From: an uncultured archaeon
Lineage (GTDB): Archaea > Asgardarchaeota > Lokiarchaeia > Sigyniarchaeales > SOKP01
Direction: 5' to 3'
Length of the DNA: 36,277 bases
NCBI GenBank assembly: GCA_964493715.1
Contig: CAZBPC010000001.1
Span: 8,006 to 44,282, forward strand
Below the pieces are notes generated by a model, which worked only from the letters and a program-made list of their open reading frames with translations, was not told the DNA's origin and searched no databases. Both the position numbers and the translations under genes were made by a program. Of this stretch, positions 26,860 to 36,202 are shown one piece after another. Every line of letters begins with the position of its first letter. Position 1 is the stretch's first letter.

Positions 26860-28890
26860 TTAGATATCTAATGCATTAACTTCATCAAAATGATTTATGA
26901 TGAATTTCTTTCGGGCTTTGACTTCCTTACCCATTAATTTTGTGAACATTAAATCATTCTCAATATAGTCATCATACGTGACTTTTTTTAAAGTACGAGT
27001 TGCTTTGTTCATTGTGGTCCCATAAAGTTCTTCAGGATTCATTTCCCCCAGACCTTTATAGCGTTGGAGACGAATTGAATCCGCATTTTTTAAATTATAT
27101 TGCTTGATTATCCCATTTATCATTTCAATTTTCGCTTCATCTGAATACACGTATTCATTAGTTTTTTTATACGCTACTTTATAAAGAGGTGGAACAGCAA
27201 TATAGAGATGACCTTCATCTATTAAAGGTCGCATGTAACGGAAGAAAAATGTAAGTAAAAGCGTCTCGATGTGAAATCCATCAACGTCAGCATCGCACAT
27301 TATTATTACTTTATGATATCTTAATTTACTTAAGTCAAACGTCTCCTCGTAATCACCATTTTCCTCATTTTCTCCAATCTCTTCGTTATCTCCATTATTT
27401 CCATTCGCTTCTGCATCATCTTCTTTAAAACCCACACCTAGTGCTTTAATTAGTGATTGGATTTCGTTATTCTGCAGAATTTTATCCAAGCGAGACTTCT
27501 CCACGTTTAGAATTTTACCCCTTAAAGGAAGTATTGCTTGATAAGTTCTATCTCTTCCTTGTTTTGCAGAACCACCTGCAGAATTACCTTCTACTATGAA
27601 AATTTCAGCTACTCTTGGATCATTCGAAGAACAATCTGCCAATTTTCCTGGCATTCGGGCACCGTCTAAAACAGATTTTCTCCGTATTAATTGTCTTGCT
27701 TTCTGAGCGGCTTCACGAGCTAATTTAGCATTGATCGATTTCAGAACTATCGTTTTCGCGGTTTTAGGATTTTCCTCTAAGTATTGAGTTAATTTATCAC
27801 TTATTATCTGGCCGACGATTTGCCGTATTTCAGGGTTTCCCAATTTAATTTTTGTTTGACTTTCAAATTGCGGATCGGGAAGTTTAACGGAAATTACGGC
27901 AGATAAACCCTCTCGTGAATCAGGACCACTAAGTAAATGTTCCTTATATTTTTTTTCCATGAAATTATCGATATATGAATTATACGTACGAGTTAAAGCA
28001 GCTTTAAAAGCAGTCAAATGAACACCACCCTCTAACGTATTGATTGTGTTTGCATATGAAAGGATATTAGTTTGATATCCTTGATTATATTGCATTGCTA
28101 CATCGCAATAGATTATAGATCCATCTGATTCCGTAGATGATTCACTAATATAAATAATGTCGTCATGTAGAGGTTGTTTATCTTTATTAAGGTAAGAAAT
28201 AAATTCTACAATTCCTCCTTCAAAAAAGAATTCCTCCTTGATATCAGTTACCTTGTCGTGTAATTCAAATCTAGCTTGTGGTGTTAAGAAAGCAAGTTCG
28301 CGCATCCGATTGCTTATGATAGAAGGAGTATAGATCCGTTCATTCGCATCAAACTCAAAAATTTCCTTATCAGGATAAAAGGTAATTTTAGTTGAGGTTC
28401 TCTTATCATCTGTTTTTGTAATTTCAGGTTCTGATACTTTTTTTCCTCTAGAAAATCTCTGTTTATAGATAGATCCATCCTTATATATTTCTACATCTAA
28501 CCATTCAGCCAAAGCGTTAACGACGGATAACCCTACTCCATGTAATCCACCTGAAATTTTATAGCTCTTATTATCAAACTTGCCACCTGAATGCAAGTAT
28601 TCCATTATGACTTCTAATGCCGGTTTGTTATATTCCTGATGAATATCAATAGGAATTCCTCTACCATTATCATAAATTTGAACAGAATTATCTGGAAATA
28701 AGGTAATTTTTATTTCGTTGGCAAATCCTCCTATTGCTTCATCAACAGAATTATCCAACACTTCAAAAATAAGATGATGGAGCCCTTTTTTACCCGTATC
28801 GCCAATGTACATCGCAGGTCTCTTTCTTACGCCTTCGAGACCTTTAAGTACTTGAATATCTTCTGCATCATATCTATTGTTATCAGTCAT
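26860..28890 (-). CDS. gyrB: DNA gyrase subunit B
   Basis: VRKRPAMYIG, EVLDNSVDE, DNGRGIP, GGLHGVG, EGNSAGG, PLRGK, DADVDG, RYKGLGEM; directly upstream of gyrA. Confidence 0.96.
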   Translation of the reverse strand: MTDNNRYDAEDIQVLKGLEGVRKRPAMYIGDTGKKGLHHLIFEVLDNSVDEAIGGFANEIKITLFPDNSVQIYDNGRGIPIDIHQEYNKPALEVIMEYLHSGGKFDNKSYKISGGLHGVGLSVVNALAEWLDVEIYKDGSIYKQRFSRGKKVSEPEITKTDDKRTSTKITFYPDKEIFEFDANERIYTPSIISNRMRELAFLTPQARFELHDKVTDIKEEFFFEGGIVEFISYLNKDKQPLHDDIIYISESSTESDGSIIYCDVAMQYNQGYQTNILSYANTINTLEGGVHLTAFKAALTRTYNSYIDNFMEKKYKEHLLSGPDSREGLSAVISVKLPDPQFESQTKIKLGNPEIRQIVGQIISDKLTQYLEENPKTAKTIVLKSINAKLAREAAQKARQLIRRKSVLDGARMPGKLADCSSNDPRVAEIFIVEGNSAGGSAKQGRDRTYQAILPLRGKILNVEKSRLDKILQNNEIQSLIKALGVGFKEDDAEANGNNGDNEEIGENEENGDYEETFDLSKLRYHKVIIMCDADVDGFHIETLLLTFFFRYMRPLIDEGHLYIAVPPLYKVAYKKTNEYVYSDEAKIEMINGIIKQYNLKNADSIRLQRYKGLGEMNPEELYGTTMNKATRTLKKVTYDDYIENDLMFTKLMGKEVKARKKFIINHFDEVNALDI

Positions 28891-29356
28891 AAAAAATCGA
28901 ATCTGATCCTATAATTTTGTAAGAGTAAATTCATCAATTCTTAAATGAACTAACTTGATAATTTGACAATTTACATATAATGTAAGTGAATACGATATTT
29001 TAAATGTTGGTACATTTTTCTGATACTTTTAAGATAAAAAGAATTATTAAAATTAATAACATCACATAAATATTTTTGGATGTTTTCGAATCATTAAAAA
29101 CAAATGTAGAATTCAGCGTATTTATATTGAGCGAATCGGAAATTTAGTTTTGTATTATCTTAAAATTTGATTTTGAAAATTTGTTTCTTTCTAAAATATT
29201 GCCCAATATTAAATGATCTAATATTAAATTAATTTTAACTTAAATTAGGATAATAACAGAGCTAAAAATGCATATAAAGAGATAAAAGTAATAGATTTTT
29301 AAAACTCAAAAATAGGCTTTATAATCTTAATTTCAAGAAAATGATTTCCTCAAATC

Positions 29357-30220
29357 CTAAGTGCTCTTTCTAATTGCTTCCGCTATTTTTATAATTTCTA
29401 ATAATTGAATATTTACGTCATGGGTGCGAATTATATGTGCTCCATTATAGACAGCAATTGCTGTTGCTGAAAGAGTTCCATTAAGCCGCTTTTCCGGTTC
29501 TGGTATATTTAAGGTTGCTCCGATAAAAGATTTTCTGGAAATTGCCACCAAGATAGGTTTTCTCAAGATGCGAAGCTTTTCCAAGTTACCTATTATTTTC
29601 ATATCGTATTCAGGCGTTTTTTCTTCAATCCATCGACCAATTCCGGGATCTAAAATTATTTTTTTAATATCATAACCCTTAGAGCTCAACAATTCAATTG
29701 TATTTTTAGACTCTACGATAATTTCTTCGATAGTAAGTAAATCCCCAGGAATGGATTTAGAACTCATTAAAATGATAGGTATGTTATGCTCTACTACAAG
29801 ATCTAGTAGTCCTGGATCGGTTTTTAAGCAACTCACGTCATTAATTATAATTTTTTTTTTAGATTTTATAGCTATATTATACATTTGTTGAGCAACTTCC
29901 CGATATTGAGTATCAATAGAAATGATAACATCATTCGGGACAATTTTACATATTGTTTCCATTGAGGGGATTATGCGATCGAGTTCTTCTTTTATACTAA
30001 TCTTCTTTGACCATGGTGCTGAAGAACGAGCACCCAAATCCAAGATTTTCGCCCCACCCTCGACCATTTCTAAAGTCTTTTTTTCTAATGATTTAAAATC
30101 GTTGTACACAGAACCTTTATAGAACGATTCTGGGCTTAAATTCAATACACCCATTATAACTGTTGGAAAATTATCTCCAATTTCTAAATCATCACAAAAT
30201 TTAGCATAAATTTCATTCAT
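29357..30220 (-). CDS. folP: Dihydropteroate synthase
   Basis: IMGVLNLSPESFY, ISIDT, IINDVS, ILDPGIG, SRKSFIG, IIRTHDV. Confidence 0.9.
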   Translation of the reverse strand: MNEIYAKFCDDLEIGDNFPTVIMGVLNLSPESFYKGSVYNDFKSLEKKTLEMVEGGAKILDLGARSSAPWSKKISIKEELDRIIPSMETICKIVPNDVIISIDTQYREVAQQMYNIAIKSKKKIIINDVSCLKTDPGLLDLVVEHNIPIILMSSKSIPGDLLTIEEIIVESKNTIELLSSKGYDIKKIILDPGIGRWIEEKTPEYDMKIIGNLEKLRILRKPILVAISRKSFIGATLNIPEPEKRLNGTLSATAIAVYNGAHIIRTHDVNIQLLEIIKIAEAIRKST

Positions 30221-30347
30221 TATCGTATTCTATCTAAAATAGCTGCTTTTGTTTTTTCGGTCACAAATTCTTATAATCCGATTTAATAGTAATCACTTTC
30301 CTTAATGTAAAAAAATATTTCAAATAAGTTTAATTCTTTTCATTACT

Positions 30348-31133
30348 ATGAAATTATTTTCAATAAAGCTTCCTCTAATTAAAGAGAATGATCCATTATT
30401 AAGAATTGTAATAGAACAGATTAAAGTAGAAGGAGAATCCTTAAAAGAAGGAGATGTTGTTGTTATCGCTGAAAAAGTAATTGCTACCTCTCAGGGTAGA
30501 GTAAGAATTTTATCTGATGTGAAAGACATCTCAGATAAAGCTAAAGTTATGGCTAAGAAATATGATATGGATGAAAAGTATGTAGAGCTAATATTAGAGG
30601 AATCTTCTTTGATATTGGGGGGTTTAAAACACGTTATTTTGGCAAAAGTTAACGATTTTTTAATTGCAAATGCCGGGATCGATCAATCCAACGCTGGTCC
30701 AAATAAGGTCATTCTTTTACCAAAAAATCTTCATCAAGTGGTATGGGAATATTGGAGAGAATTAAGAAAAGAATTCAAAATAAAAAACCTTGGAGTAATT
30801 ATTGCTGATTCGAGAGTTCAGCCTCTCAGAAAAGGAACGATCGGCATCGCAATAGCTACAGCAGGTTTTGAGCCCATTGAAGATTTGCGTGGTCATCCGG
30901 ATTTATTTAACCGTCCATTAGAAATTACAATGAGAGCTATCGCGGATGACCTTACAAGTGCAGCCCAATTTCTTTTGAGTGAAGCAGATCAACAAACTCC
31001 TATAGTAATCATACGTGGAAGTAATATAGAATTCACAGAAAATCCACAATTAACTACGGAAATGCCCGCTGAAGAATGTCTTTATATGAATATTTTTTCT
31101 AAATACCTTCTTAGAAAAGAAAATGAATCCTAA
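30348..31133 (+). CDS. cofE: CofE-family (COG1478) gamma-glutamyl ligase
   Basis: GDVVVIAEKVIATSQG, ANAGIDQSN, GVIIADS..PLRKG, DLRG.PDLF.R.L, IADDL, EADQQTPIVIIRG. Confidence 0.88.
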   Translation: MKLFSIKLPLIKENDPLLRIVIEQIKVEGESLKEGDVVVIAEKVIATSQGRVRILSDVKDISDKAKVMAKKYDMDEKYVELILEESSLILGGLKHVILAKVNDFLIANAGIDQSNAGPNKVILLPKNLHQVVWEYWRELRKEFKIKNLGVIIADSRVQPLRKGTIGIAIATAGFEPIEDLRGHPDLFNRPLEITMRAIADDLTSAAQFLLSEADQQTPIVIIRGSNIEFTENPQLTTEMPAEECLYMNIFSKYLLRKENES

Positions 31134-31471
31134 CTAAATTAACTTATTTATACAAAATTTTCAAATTTATTAATTATCCAAATTCTTTCAAGCTTCCATA
31201 AGAGTAAATTTTTGATATTTTTCTTCCTTATTATTGAATATCTCTTTATTCGAAATTATTTCCAAAAACTATTTTTTAGTTAAACAGAAAAGTAAGGCTC
31301 GCTCCAAGATTATTTATCCTAATTTAAACTTTACGATCCTTCCATTGAATAAATAGATCAGAAACAATAAAAGTTGATATAGTAATATTTAAATTTGTTA
31401 TAGGTTTTCCTTATAATTGACATTTTATATAATTTCTAATCTCAATAAAAATAAAATTGGAGGCCTTTAAA

Positions 31472-31603
31472 ATGAATATTGAACTTAAAGATGATGATGA
31501 AGATGATGATTGGGATGATAGTGACGATGATGACGAGGATTGGGATGACAGTGATGATGATGATGATGATCTTGATCTAGATGATGATTTTGAAGACTTT
31601 TAA
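31472..31603 (+). CDS. Hyper-acidic microprotein, 43 aa, absent from the ORF track: MNIELKDDDEDDDWDDSDDDDEDWDDSDDDDDDLDLDDDFEDF
   Basis: Hand-translated. GGAGG at 31459-31463, 8 nt before the ATG; TATA-like tttatataa near 31425; T-rich tract downstream. Internal 30-bp repeat differs only at third codon positions. Confidence 0.75.
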   Translation: MNIELKDDDEDDDWDDSDDDDEDWDDSDDDDDDLDLDDDFEDF

Positions 31604-31723
31604 ACCTAATTAGCCAATAATACTCTTTCAAAATGCCAAATTTAATATAAATCTTAAAAAATTTTTAAAAATAGATATTTCTTTTTATTTATTTTTGTAT
31701 TTGTAAGAGATCTATAGCGATTT

Positions 31724-32080
31724 TTACTCATACAAAGTCTGAACTACACAGAAGAGGTTGCCATCAGGATCTTCCAACACGATATAATCATGATCTGGCT
31801 CATATCTCCAGGGATAACGAGTTGCTCCGATCTTGATCAACCGCTCTACTTCGCCATTTCTGTTGGTTGTGTAGAGATCGAGGTGTAATCTGCTTCTTTT
31901 ACCAGTACGTTTTTCTGGAACTTTATCTAAGGAGATATTGGGACTTTTTCCTTCAGGATCACAAAGAACAACCCACCCTTCCTGTGCCGGTTCTCTAGGG
32001 ACGTAATGGAGTGCTTCTTGCCAGAATGCGAACATTTTATCGAATTCATAGCACCGGATAACAATTGAACCAATTTTCAT
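31724..32080 (-). CDS. VOC/glyoxalase-like family protein
   Basis: IGSIVIRC..FWQEAL, RLHLDLY, EVERLIKIGAT, VLEDPDGNLFCV. Confidence 0.9.
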   Translation of the reverse strand: MKIGSIVIRCYEFDKMFAFWQEALHYVPREPAQEGWVVLCDPEGKSPNISLDKVPEKRTGKRSRLHLDLYTTNRNGEVERLIKIGATRYPWRYEPDHDYIVLEDPDGNLFCVVQTLYE

Positions 32081-32349
32081 TTTTCTATTCTTAATATTTC
32101 TTTTTATACGTATTTATTTATTATTCAAAATCCACCTAATACTACCCAATAAATTAAAAGTTCTCATCATAAAAATTAAAAATACCTTCTAAAATTAAGC
32201 ATTTTCTTAGTGTAATAAATGTTTATTGCTGAAGACTTTTAAGGTTTTTAATTGGAGTTAAGTTGATAAATATTTCCTATATAGAAAAATTTGATTAATA
32301 TTTAATTGAAAAAAGCTTATTAGATTGATTTTTAATCTTAAACCGGCAC

Positions 32350-32613
32350 ATGAGTGAAACAAAATTAAAAGTAATTGCTTATGCTGATCATATTTGTCCA
32401 TCTTGTTATATCGGATATCATCGAATAGAACAGCTCAAAAAAGAGTACAACCTTGATGTTGAATGGAGAACTTTTGAGATTCATCCCGAAACACTAAGGG
32501 AAAGAGCACTAACCGAAGATTTGCCTTTTCCTAAGGATTATTTAGAGGCAGCATTTGCAAATGTTAAACGTCTTGCGGATGAGGATGGTCAACTTAATTG
32601 CTATTCGCTATAA
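32350..32613 (+). pseudogene. Truncated DsbA/FrnE-family thiol oxidoreductase (N-terminal 87 aa only)
   Basis: YADHICPSCYIG (CxxC), VEWRTFEIHPE, VKRLADEDG, then a stop. Family members are ~200 aa with a later cis-Pro loop that is absent here; the convergent gene ends 28 bp later. Confidence 0.7.
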
Positions 32614-32641
32614 AATTGAAAAAGTTCTAAAGAATATAAGA

Positions 32642-33631
32642 TTAGATTATTTTCAATCTCTGTAATAATCCTGTAATTAAAATAGGTAATGCAATGGTTG
32701 CATCACACCATACACTTATATATTTTGATTTTAAAGAATATTTTCCCCAACTTTTTGATTCAGATATTGTACATCCTGAAAGACCCCCATCATACTCAGT
32801 AGCGGTATGTATTCTAACTGAATAGTTAAACCCCATATTTTCAACATTTTCAATTTGATCAAGTAAAGGAAAGATTTGTTGAGTCCAATTTCTGGGAACA
32901 CCCCCTCCAACTATTAGAGTACCACATTCTCGGGGTTTTCTTATAATATCTGCAAATTTTAACACATCTCCAAGAATGTCTAAATTAAAATGATATCCTT
33001 CCCTTATGGAATATTTAATTAAGTTCAATGCAAATTCAGAGTCAGAAAATGCAGGCACAAAAATAGGAATGCTGTTTTTAGCAGCCACAGCTAAAATACA
33101 TCTTCTATTTAACTTTTCACCAACTTTTTTTAATAGATCTGAAGGTAAAATGGTAATATCCTTAGATTCAAATAATTCATGAATGATCTCTAATAATGCT
33201 TCTTCGGTTATCTTATAATTTTCTTCGGGTAGGAAAGTATCATATATTCTATTAATTCTCAATTTATACAATTCATCATCATCAATGCTATTACTACCAA
33301 TATAATGTCCTCCATCAGTAAGTGCATCTACTAAGTCATGTATGATATTTGCTCCCGTAGAAACCAAAACATCAATTAATTTATGTTCCATTAATGTGCA
33401 AATTAAATCTCCCATTCCAGCTGGGACCATGGCTCCACTTAATGTTAACACGGTTAAAATTTCATCATCACTTACCATTTTATAAAGAATATCTAAAGCT
33501 TTCCCTAAATTTCTTCCTTGAAATCCACAATATTTAAGAGCTCTTAAAAGATCGTCAATATTTTTCACTTCATTAACATTAAATGGAGTTATTTTTTGAA
33601 TCAAGTAATCTTCTTCATGTCGTTTATTCAT
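32642..33631 (-). CDS. Deoxyhypusine synthase family protein
   Basis: GFQGRNLG, LSGAMVPAG, STGANIIHD, NRIYD, PAFSDS, GGGVPRN, DGGLSG..ESKSWGK (catalytic Lys kept), DATIALP. ATG at 33631 is the more likely start. Confidence 0.92.
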   Translation of the reverse strand: MNKRHEEDYLIQKITPFNVNEVKNIDDLLRALKYCGFQGRNLGKALDILYKMVSDDEILTVLTLSGAMVPAGMGDLICTLMEHKLIDVLVSTGANIIHDLVDALTDGGHYIGSNSIDDDELYKLRINRIYDTFLPEENYKITEEALLEIIHELFESKDITILPSDLLKKVGEKLNRRCILAVAAKNSIPIFVPAFSDSEFALNLIKYSIREGYHFNLDILGDVLKFADIIRKPRECGTLIVGGGVPRNWTQQIFPLLDQIENVENMGFNYSVRIHTATEYDGGLSGCTISESKSWGKYSLKSKYISVWCDATIALPILITGLLQRLKII

Positions 33632-33982
33632 AATTTGAATTAAACATTCTAGATTTATTAAATAAATCGATGCATTTTTTTTACAAAAAAGATCCAAATT
33701 AATTTATTGCTCATTAGTGTTATCTTTTATAATATAAATTAACAGAACTATGCTTATTTTGATAATAGAATTCAGGTATTGGACTTTTTCTATTTTTCTC
33801 TAAGATATTTGAATAGAATATTAAAATTTCATAATAAAATAAATTAATCCATAAATCAGATTTACATCAAGACTTTAGAATCGAAGAGTCTAAGTAAATC
33901 TATAAATTTCGAGAACATTTAAATAATAATTATTTTTATTTATTAATTAAGTAAGTTATATAATAGAATTTATATTGAAACA

Positions 33983-34531
33983 ATGTCGCTTGTCCCAAAA
34001 AAGGTATTCTTTGTAAAAGGAAAAGGATTTCATAAGTCTAAGTTAGCAGCTTTTGAATTGGCTCTTAGAGATGCAGGAATTGAAAAGTACAATTTAGTTA
34101 ATGTTTCATCTATATTTCCACCATATTGCATTGAAATAAATAAGGAGGATGGCTTAAAGCAATTTCGCCCTGGACAAGTAGTATACACTGTAATGTCTAG
34201 AGCAGAATCTAACGAATACAATCGCTTGATTTGTGCATCTGTAGGAGTTGCAAAACCTGCTGATAAAGGTCAGTATGGGTATTTAAGTGAACATCATACT
34301 TTTGGTGTAAAACCTGAAAATACAGGAGATATTGCCGAAGATTTAGCCGCAGAAATGTTAGCTACAACACTGGGGATTCCATTTGATCCGGATGCTAACT
34401 ACGATGAAAAACGCGACTATTATAAAATGGAAGGCAAAATAGTTGAAACCAAAAATGTAACGGAATATGCCACTGTCAGAAAAGAAGATGAATGGGCGTC
34501 TGTATTAGCAGCAGCAGTATTCTTACTTTAA
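33983..34531 (+). CDS. pdaD: Pyruvoyl-dependent arginine decarboxylase
   Basis: FELALRDAGIEKYNLVNVSSIFPP (Ser-Ser autocleavage site), GYLSEHH, AEDLAAEMLATTLG. Confidence 0.93.
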   Translation: MSLVPKKVFFVKGKGFHKSKLAAFELALRDAGIEKYNLVNVSSIFPPYCIEINKEDGLKQFRPGQVVYTVMSRAESNEYNRLICASVGVAKPADKGQYGYLSEHHTFGVKPENTGDIAEDLAAEMLATTLGIPFDPDANYDEKRDYYKMEGKIVETKNVTEYATVRKEDEWASVLAAAVFLL

Positions 34532-34900
34532 CCATAATTTTGAACAATCATCCTCTCTATTCACCACATTAATTCAATGAGTAATTTCCATATCTCTTCG
34601 TTTTATTCACGAAAAATAGGATATTATTGAATATTTTTCTACCGTCATTCTTGAGATCATAGTAGCCACAATCAAGATAATCTAAAATATCTTATTTTTT
34701 TTTCTTTGATATGTCCTGACTATGTTTTGATAAATGAAATTATTCAATTATTCAAGGTTAAATTTCAATTTTAAATAAAATATATGAATAAAATATGATT
34801 AATAAAAAATCGAAAAAAAATCAATCAAATTTTTTAGAAATCCCCAATTTGCATAAATATAATTTTTTTTAAAATATCTACTTATCTCTTGTTATCGAAA

Positions 34901-36202
34901 ATGAAGGAATCAACATATATCACCATTGATGAGGCTCTTAAAAGGAATTTGACTAATGTAAATTTGAGAGGGTGGGTGTATCGCCAAAGATCTTCGAATA
35001 AGTTTGTATTTATTGTTTTAAGGGACGAATCGAACATCATTCAATGTGTAATTTCAAAAAGCAGTGTACCGGAACTCTTTGAAGAAGCTACAAATCTTAC
35101 TATTGAATCTTCAATTAAAATTTCAGGTGAGTTAAAAGAGGATGAAAGAGCTCCAACAGGTTATGAAGTTGCTGTAACTGATTTAAAAATACTCCAAATA
35201 TCAGAATCATTTCCAATAACTGAGCATCAATCCCCTGAACTACTTTATGATAATAGACATCTTTGGATAAGATCAAGAAAGTTAAATGCTATACTTAAAA
35301 TTCGACACACGATTGTTGGAGCTATTCATGAATTCTTTCGAAGTAATGGATATTATGAATTTGATGCTCCTATTTTTCAACCTAGCATGTCTGAAGGAGG
35401 ATCAACGTTATTTGAAGTTAAATATTATGAAGATAAAGTATATCTTAGTCAATCGTGGCAGCTATATGCTGAGGCAGGAATATTTTCTCTTGGAAAGATT
35501 TATAACATGGGTCCAACTTTTAGAGCAGAAAAATCGAAAACTTCAAGGCATTTATCAGAATTCTGGATGGCAGAAATGGAAGCAGCATGGATGGAGTTGG
35601 ATGAAGTCACAGAAGTCGCTAAAGCGGAGATAAGATTTATCATAAAGGAAGTATTAAAGAACAATCGGAAAGAGCTTGAAATTTTAGAAAGAAATATTAG
35701 TTTATTAGAAAAATACGAAACTGCAGAATATCCTACGATTAAATATGCGGATGCTTTGAAACTTCTTGATGAGAAATATGACATGAAAGTGCCTTGGGGT
35801 AAAGATTTAAGAACACTTGAAGAAGCGAAAATAGCTGATCACTATAAAGTTCCAGTTGTAGTTACACATTACCCTACAGAGATTATGGGGTTCTACAAAC
35901 CACCTAGCAAAGAAAATCCTAAAGAAGCATTATGTTTTGACATGTTAGCTCCAGAGGGATATTGCGAGATAATAGGTGGATCTGAGAGGAGTTTATTAGT
36001 TGATAATATGAAGGAAAGATTAAGAGCAGAAGGTGAGGATCCCGAAACATATAGCTGGTACTTTGATTTAAGAAAGTATGGTAGTGTCCCACATTCTGGT
36101 TATGGAGTAGGAGTCGAAAGAGTGATCTCTTGGATATGCGGATTAGAAAATATAAAAGACGCCATTGCTTTTCCAAGAACTATGCTAAGAAAAACCCCTT
36201 AG
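34901..36202 (+). CDS. asnS: Asparagine--tRNA ligase
   Basis: OB-fold LRGWV..R, RHLWIRS, YLSQSWQLY, FRAEKSKTSRHLSEFWMAEME, PHSGYGVGVER, FPR. ATG at 34901 preferred over TTG at 34889. Confidence 0.93.
   Translation: MKESTYITIDEALKRNLTNVNLRGWVYRQRSSNKFVFIVLRDESNIIQCVISKSSVPELFEEATNLTIESSIKISGELKEDERAPTGYEVAVTDLKILQISESFPITEHQSPELLYDNRHLWIRSRKLNAILKIRHTIVGAIHEFFRSNGYYEFDAPIFQPSMSEGGSTLFEVKYYEDKVYLSQSWQLYAEAGIFSLGKIYNMGPTFRAEKSKTSRHLSEFWMAEMEAAWMELDEVTEVAKAEIRFIIKEVLKNNRKELEILERNISLLEKYETAEYPTIKYADALKLLDEKYDMKVPWGKDLRTLEEAKIADHYKVPVVVTHYPTEIMGFYKPPSKENPKEALCFDMLAPEGYCEIIGGSERSLLVDNMKERLRAEGEDPETYSWYFDLRKYGSVPHSGYGVGVERVISWICGLENIKDAIAFPRTMLRKTP

Noticed and set aside
28891-29356. Long AT-rich intergenic region as replication origin or ncRNA (likewise 34532-34900)
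   Set aside because: No ORB-like G-string repeats, no adjacent cdc6/orc1, and no GC-rich stems visible.
31490-31590. GAT-rich tract as a microsatellite or CRISPR-like array
   Set aside because: No repeat-spacer structure. Variation is codon-phased and bounded by an SD, ATG and TAA, so it is better read as a coding sequence.
32350-32641. Selenocysteine or stop read-through extending the DsbA-like ORF
   Set aside because: The stop is TAA, not TGA, and there is no room before the convergent gene.
480-36176. Many 60-135 aa ORFs antisense or out of frame within long genes (e.g. 4162-4566, 7934-8287, 17067-17447, 35286-35633)
   Set aside because: They overlap well-supported genes and have no recognisable motifs; treated as shadow ORFs.
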